A stretch of 63,166 nt of DNA, the filler included, from Reclinomonas americana ATCC 50394 (lineage: Eukaryota): NCBI GenBank assembly GCA_048213135.1. It is 14 parts of 14 records of this genome, joined end to end, with 100 filler letters (N's around TTAATTAATTAA, not from the genome) between each part and the next. Parts side by side here need not be neighbours in the genome. Positions count along the whole stretch, not along the records: positions 25,876 to 37,400 come from AFZH01022720.1; positions 37,501 to 39,163 come from AFZH01022721.1; positions 39,264 to 40,591 come from AFZH01022722.1; positions 40,692 to 43,732 come from AFZH01022723.1; positions 43,833 to 50,992 come from AFZH01022725.1; 9 more parts are not named here. One strand, written 5' to 3'. Made by a program: the position numbers and the translations under genes. Below, piece after piece: positions 34,201-45,779 of this stretch. Position 1 is the stretch's first letter, and every line of letters starts with the position of its first letter. The notes beneath the pieces were generated by a model that was not told the origin of the DNA, did not search any database, and saw nothing but the letters and a program-made list of their open reading frames with translations.

Positions 34201-37200
34201 CTGCGCCAGCGCCGTCACCGGCCGACACAGCGAATGCTGGCTCTACTCAACTCACCGCGCCTGCCGCACCGGCTGGAGCAGCGCCAGTTGCCAATGTTGC
34301 GTTTTTTTGCGAGAGTTTTTCTCCGTTCTTTGTTTTCTCATTCCCCTGTTGTCGCCGCGTTGAGCAGCAGATGTTGGCACAGGCCATGCGACAAAAGGTA
34401 CGTGTGTGCACGGTGTGCAGGCCTTATCTTTTCCCGTCGCGCTCACGGTGCCTTTCGTGTAGGATGCACAACTGGCCGAGAAGGATAACCAGATTAACGA
34501 TCTGCAGAAGCGCCTGGCGGAGAAGGAGACACAGGTGGCCGAGTTGCAGAAGAGACTGTCCGAGAAGGAGGGTCAGCTGGCGGAGCTGAGTCGTCGTCTG
34601 CATGAGAAGTCGGCGGCGTTGGAGGAGAGCGAGCGCAAGGTTTGCAATTCCTTTTGCTGTGCGTGGGATTCGATGAAGGTGCATCTCTCACTCTACCACT
34701 CGCAGCTCGCCACCGCACATGCCGATCAGGCCAAGCACGGTCAGGAGCTGAAGGAGATGCAGATGCGCATCGATCTGTTTGTCAAGTCGTTGCGTCGTCC
34801 GTGTACGTGCTCGCCTCTACATTAGTCTTGTCGTTGCTGACCGACCCGGCAACATGCAGGAGACAACCCAAGGCGGCACCTGCGCCTTCGGCAGCAGAAG
34901 TGCCCCCACCTCCGGCACCGGCGGCGGCGGCGGCTTTGACACAACCAGCGTTCGCTGGTCGCGGTGCGGCAGGCCGTGGAGGACTGGCGGCTGCTGCCGG
35001 TGGTAAGACTGGACCGGCCGCAGTTGCGGGTGGCAAGACTGGACCGGCCGCAGCAGCAGCTGGCAGAGGTGGACCGGCAGCAGTGGCAGCTGGCAGAGGT
35101 GGACCCGCAGCAGTGGCAGCTGGTAGGGGTGGACCGGCGGCTACCGCGGGCAGAGGTGGACCGGCAGCAGCAGCGGCAGCAGCAGCGGCGGCGGCCGCAG
35201 CAGCAGCATCAGCAGCAGTTCCGACTCCAGCGCCTGGCGGCAAGGTCGGTCCGGCGGCTGCAGTCGGTGGCAAGCTGGGAGGCAAGGCAGGAAAGCAAGC
35301 GCCACCAGCAGGTCGCACGATTGGCCAGAAACGCGTGAGCGAAACGTTGCGAAGCATTTCAATGCTTGAGCAGTCCTCGCGCACTGGCAGTCAACTGACT
35401 GTGGCGGTTGGTGGTGCAGTAACATTGAGGAGGGCGAGGCGCCAGCATTCAAGCGAACCAGGAGGCAAACGGAGGCTGGTGGTGCTGAGGCCATGGAGAC
35501 GGAGGCAGCGGCGGCGGCGGCGCCACCGTGCGTTCAACTCTGCTCTCGCACTTGCCAGGCAACGTTGTTTGACATTTGTGTGTATGCTTGTGTTTTTACA
35601 GATCGGGAGCTCGTGCGCCAGCGGCACTCATGCCGACAACAAGTGCTCTTGCTCTCTCGGAGGCGCAGGAGACGGCGTTGCTGGCCGCATTCGAGGAGAA
35701 TGTGGGCGAGATGCCGAGTGGCGAGAGTCTCAATCGACTGGTCGAGGAGACCGGCATCGAGCTGCTGACCATTCGTCGCTGGTTCGCTCGTCGGCGACGC
35801 GATCACACTCTGGCATCGCAACCCTCGGCTCCGTCGGGATCGCTGCTGCCACTGCCTACGCCACCGCCGCCCGCGGTGGCCACTGCGGGCAAGCAGCTGC
35901 CTCCGGCCGCACCACCAGCGGCACCGACGCCAGCGACTTCTGCCACAATCAGTACTCCGCAGCCGCCACCGCGCGTTCTGCGGCGCCAGATCCCCGCAGC
36001 TGCGTCACCCACCGTACCATTTGCCGCCGGTGCAGCGACGACAACCGCAATGTCTGTGCCGGCTGCTGTTGAGCAGCAGGTGTCCGAGGCACTCGCCAAA
36101 CGGCAGCAGCGCTTCCAGGCCGACAGGGTTTGTTGTTTATGCACGTGTATGAAAGAGTTGCACAGCCTCATCGGTGCATGTCCTATTACGTGCAAACAGG
36201 CGGCGTCTGTGCTCGGCGCGACAACTGGCTCCGCGGCCGCTGCACAAGCAGCATCGGCTGCGGCTGCAGCTGCGGCCGCCGCTGCTCTGCCAGCGGTTGA
36301 AGAAGGTGCGTTGGTTGTGTCTCTCTCTTATGTGGCTCGTCTCTGACGTCTTCGCACGTGCGCAGTGGTGGAGGTGCCGACGGAGGTGGTGAGCATGGAA
36401 TCGGAGAGCGAGCCAGCTCACGCGCCGCCGGCGGTGGTTCACGACAAGGAGATGGTGGAGACGGCTGAGGAGCTGGTGGAGTTTGTGGAAGCCGCTGAGG
36501 AGTTGGTGGAGATGGCACACGAGCATGTCGTTCCTTCGCGCTTCGACGAGTACGCAGCGGCGCCAGCCGCCGAGTTCACCGACTTGGAGGAGCTCGGTGG
36601 TGCGGGCATGGTGGTGGACCAGGATCTGGTCGAGCCGGGCCAGGACGTCGCCATTGAAGACATGTTTTCCGTCGAGGAGGAGGAGGATGAGGAGCAGGAG
36701 GAGGGCGAGCAACAACAGCAACAACAGCAAGAGGCAGGCGCGCCAGAGGAGGAGGAAGGAGGAGAGCAAGAGGAGGGTCAGGAAATTCAGCAGGAGCAGC
36801 AGCAGCAGCAGGAAGAGGAAGAGGAAGTGCGCCATGTTGAAGCGGAGCAAGTCGAGGAGGAGGAAGCTGGTGGTGAGCTGGAGGCTGGGGAGGAGGAGTC
36901 GACGGCCGCTGTCGTGGAGGAGCCGGACGAGCCGGAGGCGGAGCGTCTGCAGTCGTTCCCGTCGCACCCGTCGGAGTACGAGCTGGATGCGGGCAGCGAC
37001 TGGACGGGCCACCAGCCACAAATGGATGACGGCAGCAGCGTTGCCTTTGATTCCACCTCGGTGATGGAGATGGCGGCCGGTGGCGACGAGATGGTGCTGC
37101 TGGAGGACGAGCCGCAGGGCGCCAGTGAAGACGACGGCGTCGTCGACTTGGGCAACGAAGCCGCCGCTCTCATTGACGAGCCACTGGGCGAGGGCGACGA

Positions 37201-37210
37201 CCAGCAGTAG
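28261..37210 (+). CDS. TPR: Nuclear-basket nucleoporin TPR/Mlp1/NUA homologue, many introns
   Basis: Long coiled coil with TPR hallmarks: LARQNEWLEQEL, MSITEMYTKL, LQQILSDIEEKSPII, TYRDVADLQEKN, AIVRQRDMYKAL, AEEDYQNELAKHA, LRYVRREKELAE, QFNLLRESNITLR, W..R..Q...KY..IDP; acidic disordered C-terminus. Confidence 0.9.
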
Positions 37211-37500
37211 CAGCACTAGAAGCCGGGGGGGAGAAGGGAAAATGCAGCTGAGCTTTAGCGACGAACACGACCCACAAATAAATCACGCAATTAGCAAACC
37301 AATTTACGCGTCGTCACATGGGCACGGAGCACTTGCGGTCGTCGGCCATTGATGGCGGACCTCCCGTGCCCATGACGACAACTGCAGATGCTCCTCCTTC
37401 NNNNNNNNNNNNNNNNNNNNNNNNNNNNNNNNNNNNNNNNNNNNTTAATTAATTAANNNNNNNNNNNNNNNNNNNNNNNNNNNNNNNNNNNNNNNNNNNN

Positions 37501-38770
37501 TTGCGCATGCCCGTATCTGCAGTCTTCCATGGCCACCAGCATCATCACTCGACAGAGACAGCAGCAACCAAGGTGCGCACATCATTGATCCGCTCCGACT
37601 TGCCAGCCGGGATTGAAAACGATCCACCGACCAGGCCACCATCGCACGGCACGGCACGCAGGTGTACAGCCACCACGCCACGCACTCCTTGACGAGCACG
37701 GCCTGCACGAATGAGGTGAGTGGGAGGGAAGGAGGAAAGAAAGATCAAGACGAACAAGGCCACACACCTGCATCGTGCATGGTGGGATTCAGGTGTGGAG
37801 CCGAGTGAGTGAGGTGACAGCCGGCAGCGGGCGATGCACAGCACGCCTGCAATCATTACGGAACAACGAGGGGGACCTGCCCCTAAGGTGCCTGCATGTT
37901 GGTACACTGTGAGCGAAGAATGGAGGAAGGAGAGAGATATCTGCTCTGTCTCAACGACGAACACACCGATCAGCATCGGATACCAACACGCGTTTGGGCA
38001 AGCGGCAAGGCGAGGGATGCTTCTACACACACAGCCATCCTGAAAAGGAGAGGGAGAGAGCAGAGTCAGTATACAGTCATGCCACTTCGGAGTCGGGATG
38101 CTCACCATGATGGACTGGCAGGATGGCAATTGGAACACGGTGAGCGGACCAGCAGCTCGGCCTCGAGCTTGTGCGGCAAGGAGGGGCGGATTACTGGGGA
38201 ATCAGATGAGTGTACAAAGGCAGGGAGATGGCGGAGAAAGAGATAGACTCTGCAGGAGGCAGGAAAAAGAGAGCTGAAAGACAGGCATCCTGCAGAGACG
38301 GAAGGAGAATGTCCGCGGCTCACGCGCCAATGGGAAGCAGAGTATAGCGGTGCCAAGAAAGTGTGCAAACAAGACGCGAGGGAAACAGACAACGGTGACT
38401 CGCTCTCCTGAGGCACGTACATGGGCGACGGAAGAAGCACGAACAACAAATATCACAACGATACAAATTGACACACCAGATTTCCAAGCAATCCATCTTG
38501 CTCGCACACACAAATAGAGGTGAGAAAGAGTCACGTAAACAGAGAGAGACATGCCTCACGCCCGCACAATCACATTCACGTGCACATGACAGGGCAACAA
38601 GCACGGGAGAACAATTCATCACCATCAACAACGACCTCTCTCTCTTCCTCCTGTCATCCTCTCTTCCCCCATCATCTGCACCCGCATTGTCACCCACTCT
38701 CCCTCGCACGACACGGAAATAACTCACGATCACCAGCAGCCACCGCTCTCCCTCCCTTCGACTCACCGAC
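37501..38770. repeat. Conserved spacer module of the WD40 array (Y-Z part)
   Basis: Shared blocks (e.g. gccgggattgaaaacgatccacc, gagccgagtgagtgaggtgac, cgctctcctgaggcac) recur at ~46600-48090, 49900-51380, 55250-56618 and 60400-61148. Confidence 0.85.
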
Positions 38771-39163
38771 TCAGCACCGAAAAAGGACGACCTCGGCATC
38801 CTCGACGATGAAACATCGCAGAACCAGCTCGGGAAGACACCGTGAATCTTCTTCATCCTCCTGCATCTCATGCACAGCTCGCATGGCCGACCGCACGGCG
38901 TCGAGTTCGAAGCGAGCAAGGCCACGCGGCGTGCACCACACTCGCACGGTCTCGTCGTAGCTACTCGCACTCACAATGTGCTGACCATCGGAAGAGACGG
39001 CCACACACGATACCCATCCGTCATGACCCTCCAACCGTCGCACCTCCTCGCCACTCTCCAGAGACCATACCCGCACTGTGTTGTCTCCACTCCCACTCAC
39101 GATGTGCTGACCATCGGGAGTGACGGCGATCGATTTTACGAATGCAGTGTGTCCCTCGAAACG
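38771..39163 (-). CDS. WD40-array gene, tail type B, 3' part (truncated by linker)
   Basis: Two 42-aa WD repeats, then PRGLARFELDAVRSAMRAVHEMQEDEEDSRCLPELVLRCFIVEDAEVVLFRC*. Confidence 0.8.
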   Translation of the reverse strand, partial: RFEGHTAFVKSIAVTPDGQHIVSGSGDNTVRVWSLESGEEVRRLEGHDGWVSCVAVSSDGQHIVSASSYDETVRVWCTPRGLARFELDAVRSAMRAVHEMQEDEEDSRCLPELVLRCFIVEDAEVVLFRC

Positions 39164-39263
39164 NNNNNNNNNNNNNNNNNNNNNNNNNNNNNNNNNNNNN
39201 NNNNNNNTTAATTAATTAANNNNNNNNNNNNNNNNNNNNNNNNNNNNNNNNNNNNNNNNNNNN

Positions 39264-39308
<45 letters not shown>

Positions 39309-39433
39309 TAGTATGTGCGAGAAAGAGAAAGAGAGTTTGTGTGTGTATGTGTAGGTGTATGTGCGTGTGCGTGTGCGTGCGTGTGTGTGCGTGTGTGTGT
39401 GTAGGTGTATGTGCGTGTGCGTGTGCGTGCGTG

Positions 39434-39466
<33 letters not shown>

Positions 39467-40330
39467 AAATAGAAGCACCAACTCTGATTCATCCGACGGA
39501 ACATCAACATCCTCTTTCTCTCTCGCGCGTGTGCGCCTCGCGGTGCTGTCTGTGTCTCAGTGCCCCCTGTCTCTCCGCAGCCTCGTCTTGGTGCTCCATT
39601 CTCCAACTGCGATGTGAGTGATATGTTGCGGCATTGAAGGCATGCAGCATGCCGAGCCTGTTCATCTCGACACGCCACGAGCATCAACTCCCTCTGAGCC
39701 ACGCACGTGAGTCGAGGCGGAGAGTCCAACACCACACGATTCAGAAAGAGAGCGAAGAAGCAGCGCAGTTCGTGAGTGGTGTGCGACAAACCAGTTGTCA
39801 GGGTACACACGCACGCGCGGGAAACGAGTGCGCAGGGCAAGTGCACTCTCTCTCCCCGTGGCGTGTGTAACGAGAAGAGTGGCCATCTGAATCGATGCCT
39901 GACGCGCTCTCCATGTTCACGCGGTGCCAGTGTGAGAGGGGGAGGCGGGCAATGACGCCACTTCAAAAAGCAACAGGCTGGCATCTCCACTGCGTTCGAA
40001 TGACAAGGCGATATGAGGGCACAAGCACAAGGCGGGTGTGTGGGTTGATGAGCGAGGACTCACTCAATGCCGAGCAGCACGCGTGTGTCTGTTCATTCCA
40101 TGGCCTCATCTCAACCACCCACACACACCTCGCACCCGGCATTCTCTTCGCACTCCCACTGCACTGCAATGTGCTGTATTTGCTTCCCGGCTGCCTGCAC
40201 TTGGCATGGCAGTGGAGAAGCACGTGTGAGGCGGTGTGGCAGTCAACATAGCAGAGTCGCGCAGTGACAGCCATCAGTCATCGTGTACTCATTGAGCTCA
40301 CTCCGTCCAGCACCATCCAGGCGCACGGCG
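39264..40330. repeat. Spacer module W of the WD40 array, beginning with a (GT)n microsatellite
   Basis: Homologous to 52690-53600 and, partly inverted, to 56935-58180. Confidence 0.85.
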
Positions 40331-40591
40331 TTAAATCATCTCTGCATCCTCCAGCACAAAACACCGCAGCACGACGTCGACCAGGATCCAGTCACAGCCA
40401 TCTTCTTCGGCAAGCAGCTCGTTGACGGCCAGCACGGCTGATCGTGCGGCCGTAAGCTCTTGCCACGCCAGCCCACGCGGCGTGGACCACACACGGATCG
40501 TTTTATCCGCACTCCACGATGTGCTGGCCATCGGGAGTAACGACGACAGAGTATACCCATCCAGTGTGTCCCCCCCAACCGTCCAACGCTG
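40331..40591 (-). pseudogene. WD40-array gene, tail type A, 3' fragment with frameshift and early stop
   Basis: Last WD repeat changes frame near 40515; tail ends EDAEMI* rather than EDAEVIERRAPGW. Confidence 0.65.
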
Positions 40592-41539
40592 NNNNNNNNN
40601 NNNNNNNNNNNNNNNNNNNNNNNNNNNNNNNNNNNTTAATTAATTAANNNNNNNNNNNNNNNNNNNNNNNNNNNNNNNNNNNNNNNNNNNNCATCGCAAA
40701 ACACACGCGCGACGAGAGAATGTGTGCCAACGACGAAACACGATCACTCGCTCACTCGCTCATGCATGCACGAGCACACGCAAGCCACACCACTGATGCT
40801 TTCCTCGTGCATCAGCGCATGCGCACCACACAACAGAAGAAGAAGAAAGAGCGGCGGAGAGAGGTGCGGGGGACAAACGATGCGACGTTGGACACGTGTG
40901 TGCGTCTCTTCTCCCTCTCCTTGCTGGTATTCATCGCAGAGGCAGTGTGTGCAGGAGAGTGAGATGCAACGAGCTGATGCATTCATTGCGCCACCACGAC
41001 AACCACAGCCACCCAGTTCGCGATGATATCGATCGTGGTTCCCGAATCAATCGGCATTCACGCCACACTGCACCAAGGACGGACGCAAGCCACGGAGGAG
41101 GAGGAAGAGAGGAAGACATGGATGGAGCGGCGCTGTGCCAATCTCCTTGCACAGCATTAACATCGACTGTGGCCGATGGAAGAGAGAGAGAGAGAGCAAC
41201 GAAGGCGACGGAGTACGTGCGCGTGGAAAGTTTGCCATCCCGCTCATTGCAGCAGAGGGGAGAAAGTGGGGAAGGGGGAAGGGGAAGGAGCTCAAGGAGA
41301 ATGTTGAGAGGTTGAGAGTGGGAAGAGGAGGAGGATGGGGAGTGAGGAAAACAAACCAGCAGGAACAAGCATGCAAACACACGCACACTCCCTTTCTTTC
41401 TCTCTCTCTCACACACATGCTGTTGCAATCGATGGCGGTTATTGAGAAGGAAGAAGACGACAAACAGTGTGTCGCAATGCCGCGTGCGGTCTGCATGCAA
41501 TACGCTCCTGTTTGACGAGCCAGGCATGATGGTGAAAGA

Positions 41540-42790
41540 GGAGAGCGAGAGAGAGGGAAAAGGAACAACGCAACACAGGCAACTCACAGAGACGTCCGAG
41601 CCTTGCGATGCATGCACCGGCGATGGTGGAGACAGGGAGAGAGACAACTGTCCGTTTGAGCAGGATCACGGATCGAGCTGCTGAACAGACACAATGAATG
41701 AATGAGCGAGTGAGGAGAGCGAGGGAGGGGGAAGAAGGAACAATGCAACAGGGACAACTCACAGAGACGTTCGAGCCTTGCGATGCATGCACCGGCGATG
41801 GTGGAGACAGGAAGAGAGAGACAGCTCCCCATTTGAGCAGGATCACGGATCGTGCTGCTGAACAGACACAATGAATGAATGATCATGAGTGGGCGAGGAG
41901 AGCGGGGGAGGGAGGGAGAAGGAACAATGCAACAGGGACAACTCACAGAGACGTTCGAGCCTTGCGATGCATGCACCGGCGATGGTGGAGACAGGAAGCG
42001 AGACAGCTCTCCATTTGAGCAGGATCACGGATCGTGCTGCTGAACAGACACAATGAATGAATGAGTGAGCGAGGAGAGAGAGAGAAGGGGGAAGAAGGAA
42101 CAATGCAACATGTAAACAACACACAGAGACGTCCGATCCTTGCGATGCATGCACCGGCGACGGTGGAGACAGGGAGAGAGACAACTCTCCATTTGAGCAG
42201 GATCACCGATCGTGCTGCTGAACAGACACAATGAATGAATGAGTGAGTGAGTGAGGAGAGCGAGGGAGGGGGAAGAAGGAACAACGCAACAGGGACAACT
42301 CACAGACGTCCGAGCCTTGCGATGCATGCACCGGCGATGGTGGAGACGTCAGGGAGAGAGACAGCTCTCCATTTGAGCAGGATCACGGATCGTGCTGCTG
42401 AACAGACACAATGAATGAAAGAGTGAGCGAGGAGAGCGAGAGTGGGGGAGAAGGAACAATGCAACGGGGACAACTCACAGAGACGTCCGAACCTTGCGAT
42501 GCATGCACCGGCGATGGTGGAGACAGGGAGAGAGACAACTCTCCATTTGAGCGGGATCACGGATCGTGCTGCTGAGCAGACACAATGAATGAATGAGTGA
42601 GTGAGCGAGGAGAGCGGGGGAGGGGGAGAAGGAACAATGCAACAGGGACAACGTTAACTCACAAAGACGTCCGAACCTTGCGATGCATGCACCGGCGATG
42701 GTGGACACAGGGAGAGAGACAGCTCTCCATTTGAGCAGGATCACGGATCGTGCTGCTGAACAGACACAATGAATGAATGAGTGAGCGAGG
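41540..42790 (-). repeat. Seven tandem ~178-bp units, each an exon-like ~93 nt plus intron-like ~85 nt
   Basis: Unit anchors (aactcacagagacg or variant) at ~41581, 41756, 41940, 42117, 42297, 42472 and 42656. On the - strand: GTGAGT donor (GTGTGT in one unit), pyrimidine tract, CTCAC/CTCAT, YTCAG acceptor. Confidence 0.9.
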
Positions 42791-43832
42791 CAAACGCGGT
42801 TGATTTCCCATCCACACCGCAAGGCCACACATACGCACGTACCTCCAAAAGATGCCTATGTCGCCACATCCAGCAAATCTACCTCTTTTCTCCTTCTCCT
42901 CCTCACTCCTCCTCCTCAAGGGGAAGACGATGAAATGGCACAACAGCAATGACTGAGGGCCGCAAACGAAATTCGGCGGAGGCGAATTGGGATCAATAAT
43001 CGTCCAGCAGACGGAGGTGGCGGTGGAGGTGCGAGTCGTGCTCCATGAGTGTCTCTTGCATCATCAACGAAAGCGTCTGTGCGAGCAGGAAACAATGCTG
43101 ATGAGTGAGAGCACGCAGCGTGAGAAGAGATAAAAATGAGAGAAACAGGACGATGGGCTGCTGCGGTGTGGAGGTTTCTCTTTTCTTCATTTCTTTAACG
43201 ACCAGTCTTTCTCTCTCTCTGTCTCTCCCCACACCGACACCGCTTCTAGCGTCAAGTACACGAAAATTGATCTTCCTTCTGTGCTCTGCAAGCCAACGGC
43301 TCAAAATGGCAACAACAGCAACCACACACACACGAAGACATTCACTCGTTGCGCATCGGAAGAATAGAAAACGGGACAGGCGGCGGACAGCACGGCTGTG
43401 AGAACGAAGTGGGTGGAGAGAGAAGAGAGAAGAGAAAGAGAGTAGGGATGACGAATGAATGAGGGAAGGAAGAGTGAATAACAAAAAAGGATGGAGAAGG
43501 AATTGAGCGGGGATAAAGAAGGAAAGGAGCTCAAGCGGGAAAGAGGCGAAGAAGGAAAGGATGCGATGGGGAGAAGAATGAGGGAGGGATGAAGAAGGAC
43601 AGGAGTGGGGAAGAAGAAGAGGCGAAGTAGGAAGGGATGCAGAGGAAAAAGAGCGGTGAAGAAAAAGGAAAGGTAGTGGCAGGAAAAAAAGAGAAAGAGG
43701 CAAAGAAGGAGCAGAGGGAAGGAATGGGGGAGNNNNNNNNNNNNNNNNNNNNNNNNNNNNNNNNNNNNNNNNNNNNTTAATTAATTAANNNNNNNNNNNN
43801 NNNNNNNNNNNNNNNNNNNNNNNNNNNNNNNN

Positions 43833-44691
43833 GTCGCTGGTGCACCAAATTGATCTCGCTTCGCAGAATCATGATCTGCCTCTTGAGTTGGTGCCGTGGA
43901 CATTCGTGGTCATATGGTGAGTCTGGAGTAAGCAAAGGGAAACCGTTCACTCCTTGCCACTGTCCTTAGGGGGAAATTGGGGGCGACATTGCTGATTCTG
44001 TGTTGCGAATTAGGCTCACCGGCATCTTCCTCATCATCATGACCCTGCTCACGGCGTCGAGGTCGGTCTCCTTTCGCCTGTGTAGGCCATTTCGATTGCC
44101 CAGTTGGATTCACGTTTCGCGCTTATACAGAGTGCTGAATGATTTGGAGGCGGCTGGCAACGGTGGTCTGATTGCCTCGGCGTGTGGAATCAGGTATGGG
44201 AACGTGTCCTTCTGTCGCTTGAGCATTGCACAAGATCGCGTGCTAACTGACAATAATGTGCACGGCAGCGGTGTGTCTGCGTGTGTGCGTACTGTTGTTC
44301 TTCTGTCTGTGTTTGCTCACGAATAATCCCCTATGCGTACTTTCTGCCGCACCTGTTCGCACACAATCAGTGGTGAGTGCTTTGGTCTGTCACGCGCTGC
44401 CTGCTTGAGTTCTGAACGCCAGTTTTTCTGTCTGCAGGGTCAAGGTTAGACAAGGAGGGCGTGAATGTGCATCGAAAGGCAAACTCACATTGCGTGTTGC
44501 AGACATCCTGATCAACGAGCCGCTCAAGATCGTCTTCTTTGCCTTCCTCGGTGCGTGGCGTGGTTGGCGGTATGGATGGCGATGACTCGATGCTGACTCT
44601 GTTTTTTTGCGTCGCAGGGCTGAGTCACACAGCCATGCTGTCGAGTGCGACTGCCAGCGCTGTTGTGAAGGTTGTGAACGTGGCGACGTGA
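43833..44691 (+). CDS. 3' part of a possible multi-exon membrane protein
   Basis: Short spliceable hydrophobic exons: LVPWTFVVIW | LTGIFLIIMTLLTAS | ... | ILINEPLKIVFFAFL | GLSHTAML...VVNVAT*. Confidence 0.35.
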
Positions 44692-44834
44692 GGAAACCAG
44701 TGAACCACAGCGAGTTACTTTGTACGGGGAAAAGAGAAGTCACGCGAGTGGGAGGAAGATGCACACAACGATCCACACAAGCACGAGAATGCGAGGTGCC
44801 ATAGGCCACTCTACTGGCTGGCAAGGATGAACAA

Positions 44835-45762
44835 CTAAGAACCGAGAGAATGGGATGGCTCACCGGCACTCACAATGTGCAGACCATCGGGAGAGACGGC
44901 CACAGACGACACCCATCCAGTGTGTCCCTCCAAGCGTCGTACTTCCTCTCCACTCGCCAAAGACCATACCCGAATGGAGCTGTCTCCACTCCCACTCACG
45001 ACTTGTTGGCCGTCGGGAGTGACGGTGACAGACCACACCGCACCAGTGCGTCCCTCCACTCGTCGCACTTGGTCTCCACTCATCAGCGACCACACCCGCA
45101 CTGTTGTCCCCGCTCCCGCTAACGATGTGCTGACCATCGGGTGTGACAGCGACAGACATCACCCATCCAGTGTGTCCCGCCAACCGTCGCACCTCCTCCC
45201 CGCTGGCCAGCAACCACACCAGCACAGTGCAGTCCCCGCTCCCACTCACTATATGCTGACTATCGGGGGTGACGGCTACAGAGAGCACCATGCCAGAGTG
45301 TCCCATCAACCGTCGCAGAAGTGCCCCATTCGCCAGTGACCACACCCGCACTGTCTTGTCCTCACTGCCGCTCGCAACGTGCAGGCCATCGGGAGTGACG
45401 GCGACAGATCGCACTCTTTCAGAGTGTCCCACCAACCGTCGCACTTCTTCTCCATTCTCCAGAGACCATACCCGCACAGTCTTCTCATAGCCACCACTCA
45501 CAATGTACTGGCCGTCAGAAGTGACAGCGACGGAGGTCACCCACGCAGTGTGTCCCTCCAACCGCCGCACTTCCTCTCCGCTCGCCAGAGACCACACTCG
45601 GACAGTCATGTCGCCGCCACTAACCACGTGGTGACCGTCGGGGGTGACAGCAAGAGAGCACACCATTCCAGTGTGGCCCTCCAGGACCTGTGTCGACCAT
45701 TCACGGTGAGAGAGAGAGAAGCAGTCACATACACGCGCATGTGAGCGGACCTTGGTTGCCAT
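44835..45762 (-). pseudogene. WD40-array gene, 7 repeats, frameshifted and lacking the C-terminal tail
   Basis: Exon 1 MATK (45751-45762), 63-nt intron, then VLEGH.... 2-nt deletion near 45100; the last repeat runs into unrelated sequence at ~44860. Confidence 0.8.
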
Positions 45763-45779
45763 TGGATAAATTATAAAGA

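Noticed and set aside
28866..37216. Long antisense ORFs over TPR (and over the WD40 genes)
   Set aside because: Shadow ORFs expected from GC-rich, repetitive codon usage.
41540..42790. CRISPR-like array
   Set aside because: The whole unit repeats; there are no unique spacers, no cas genes, and the context is eukaryotic.
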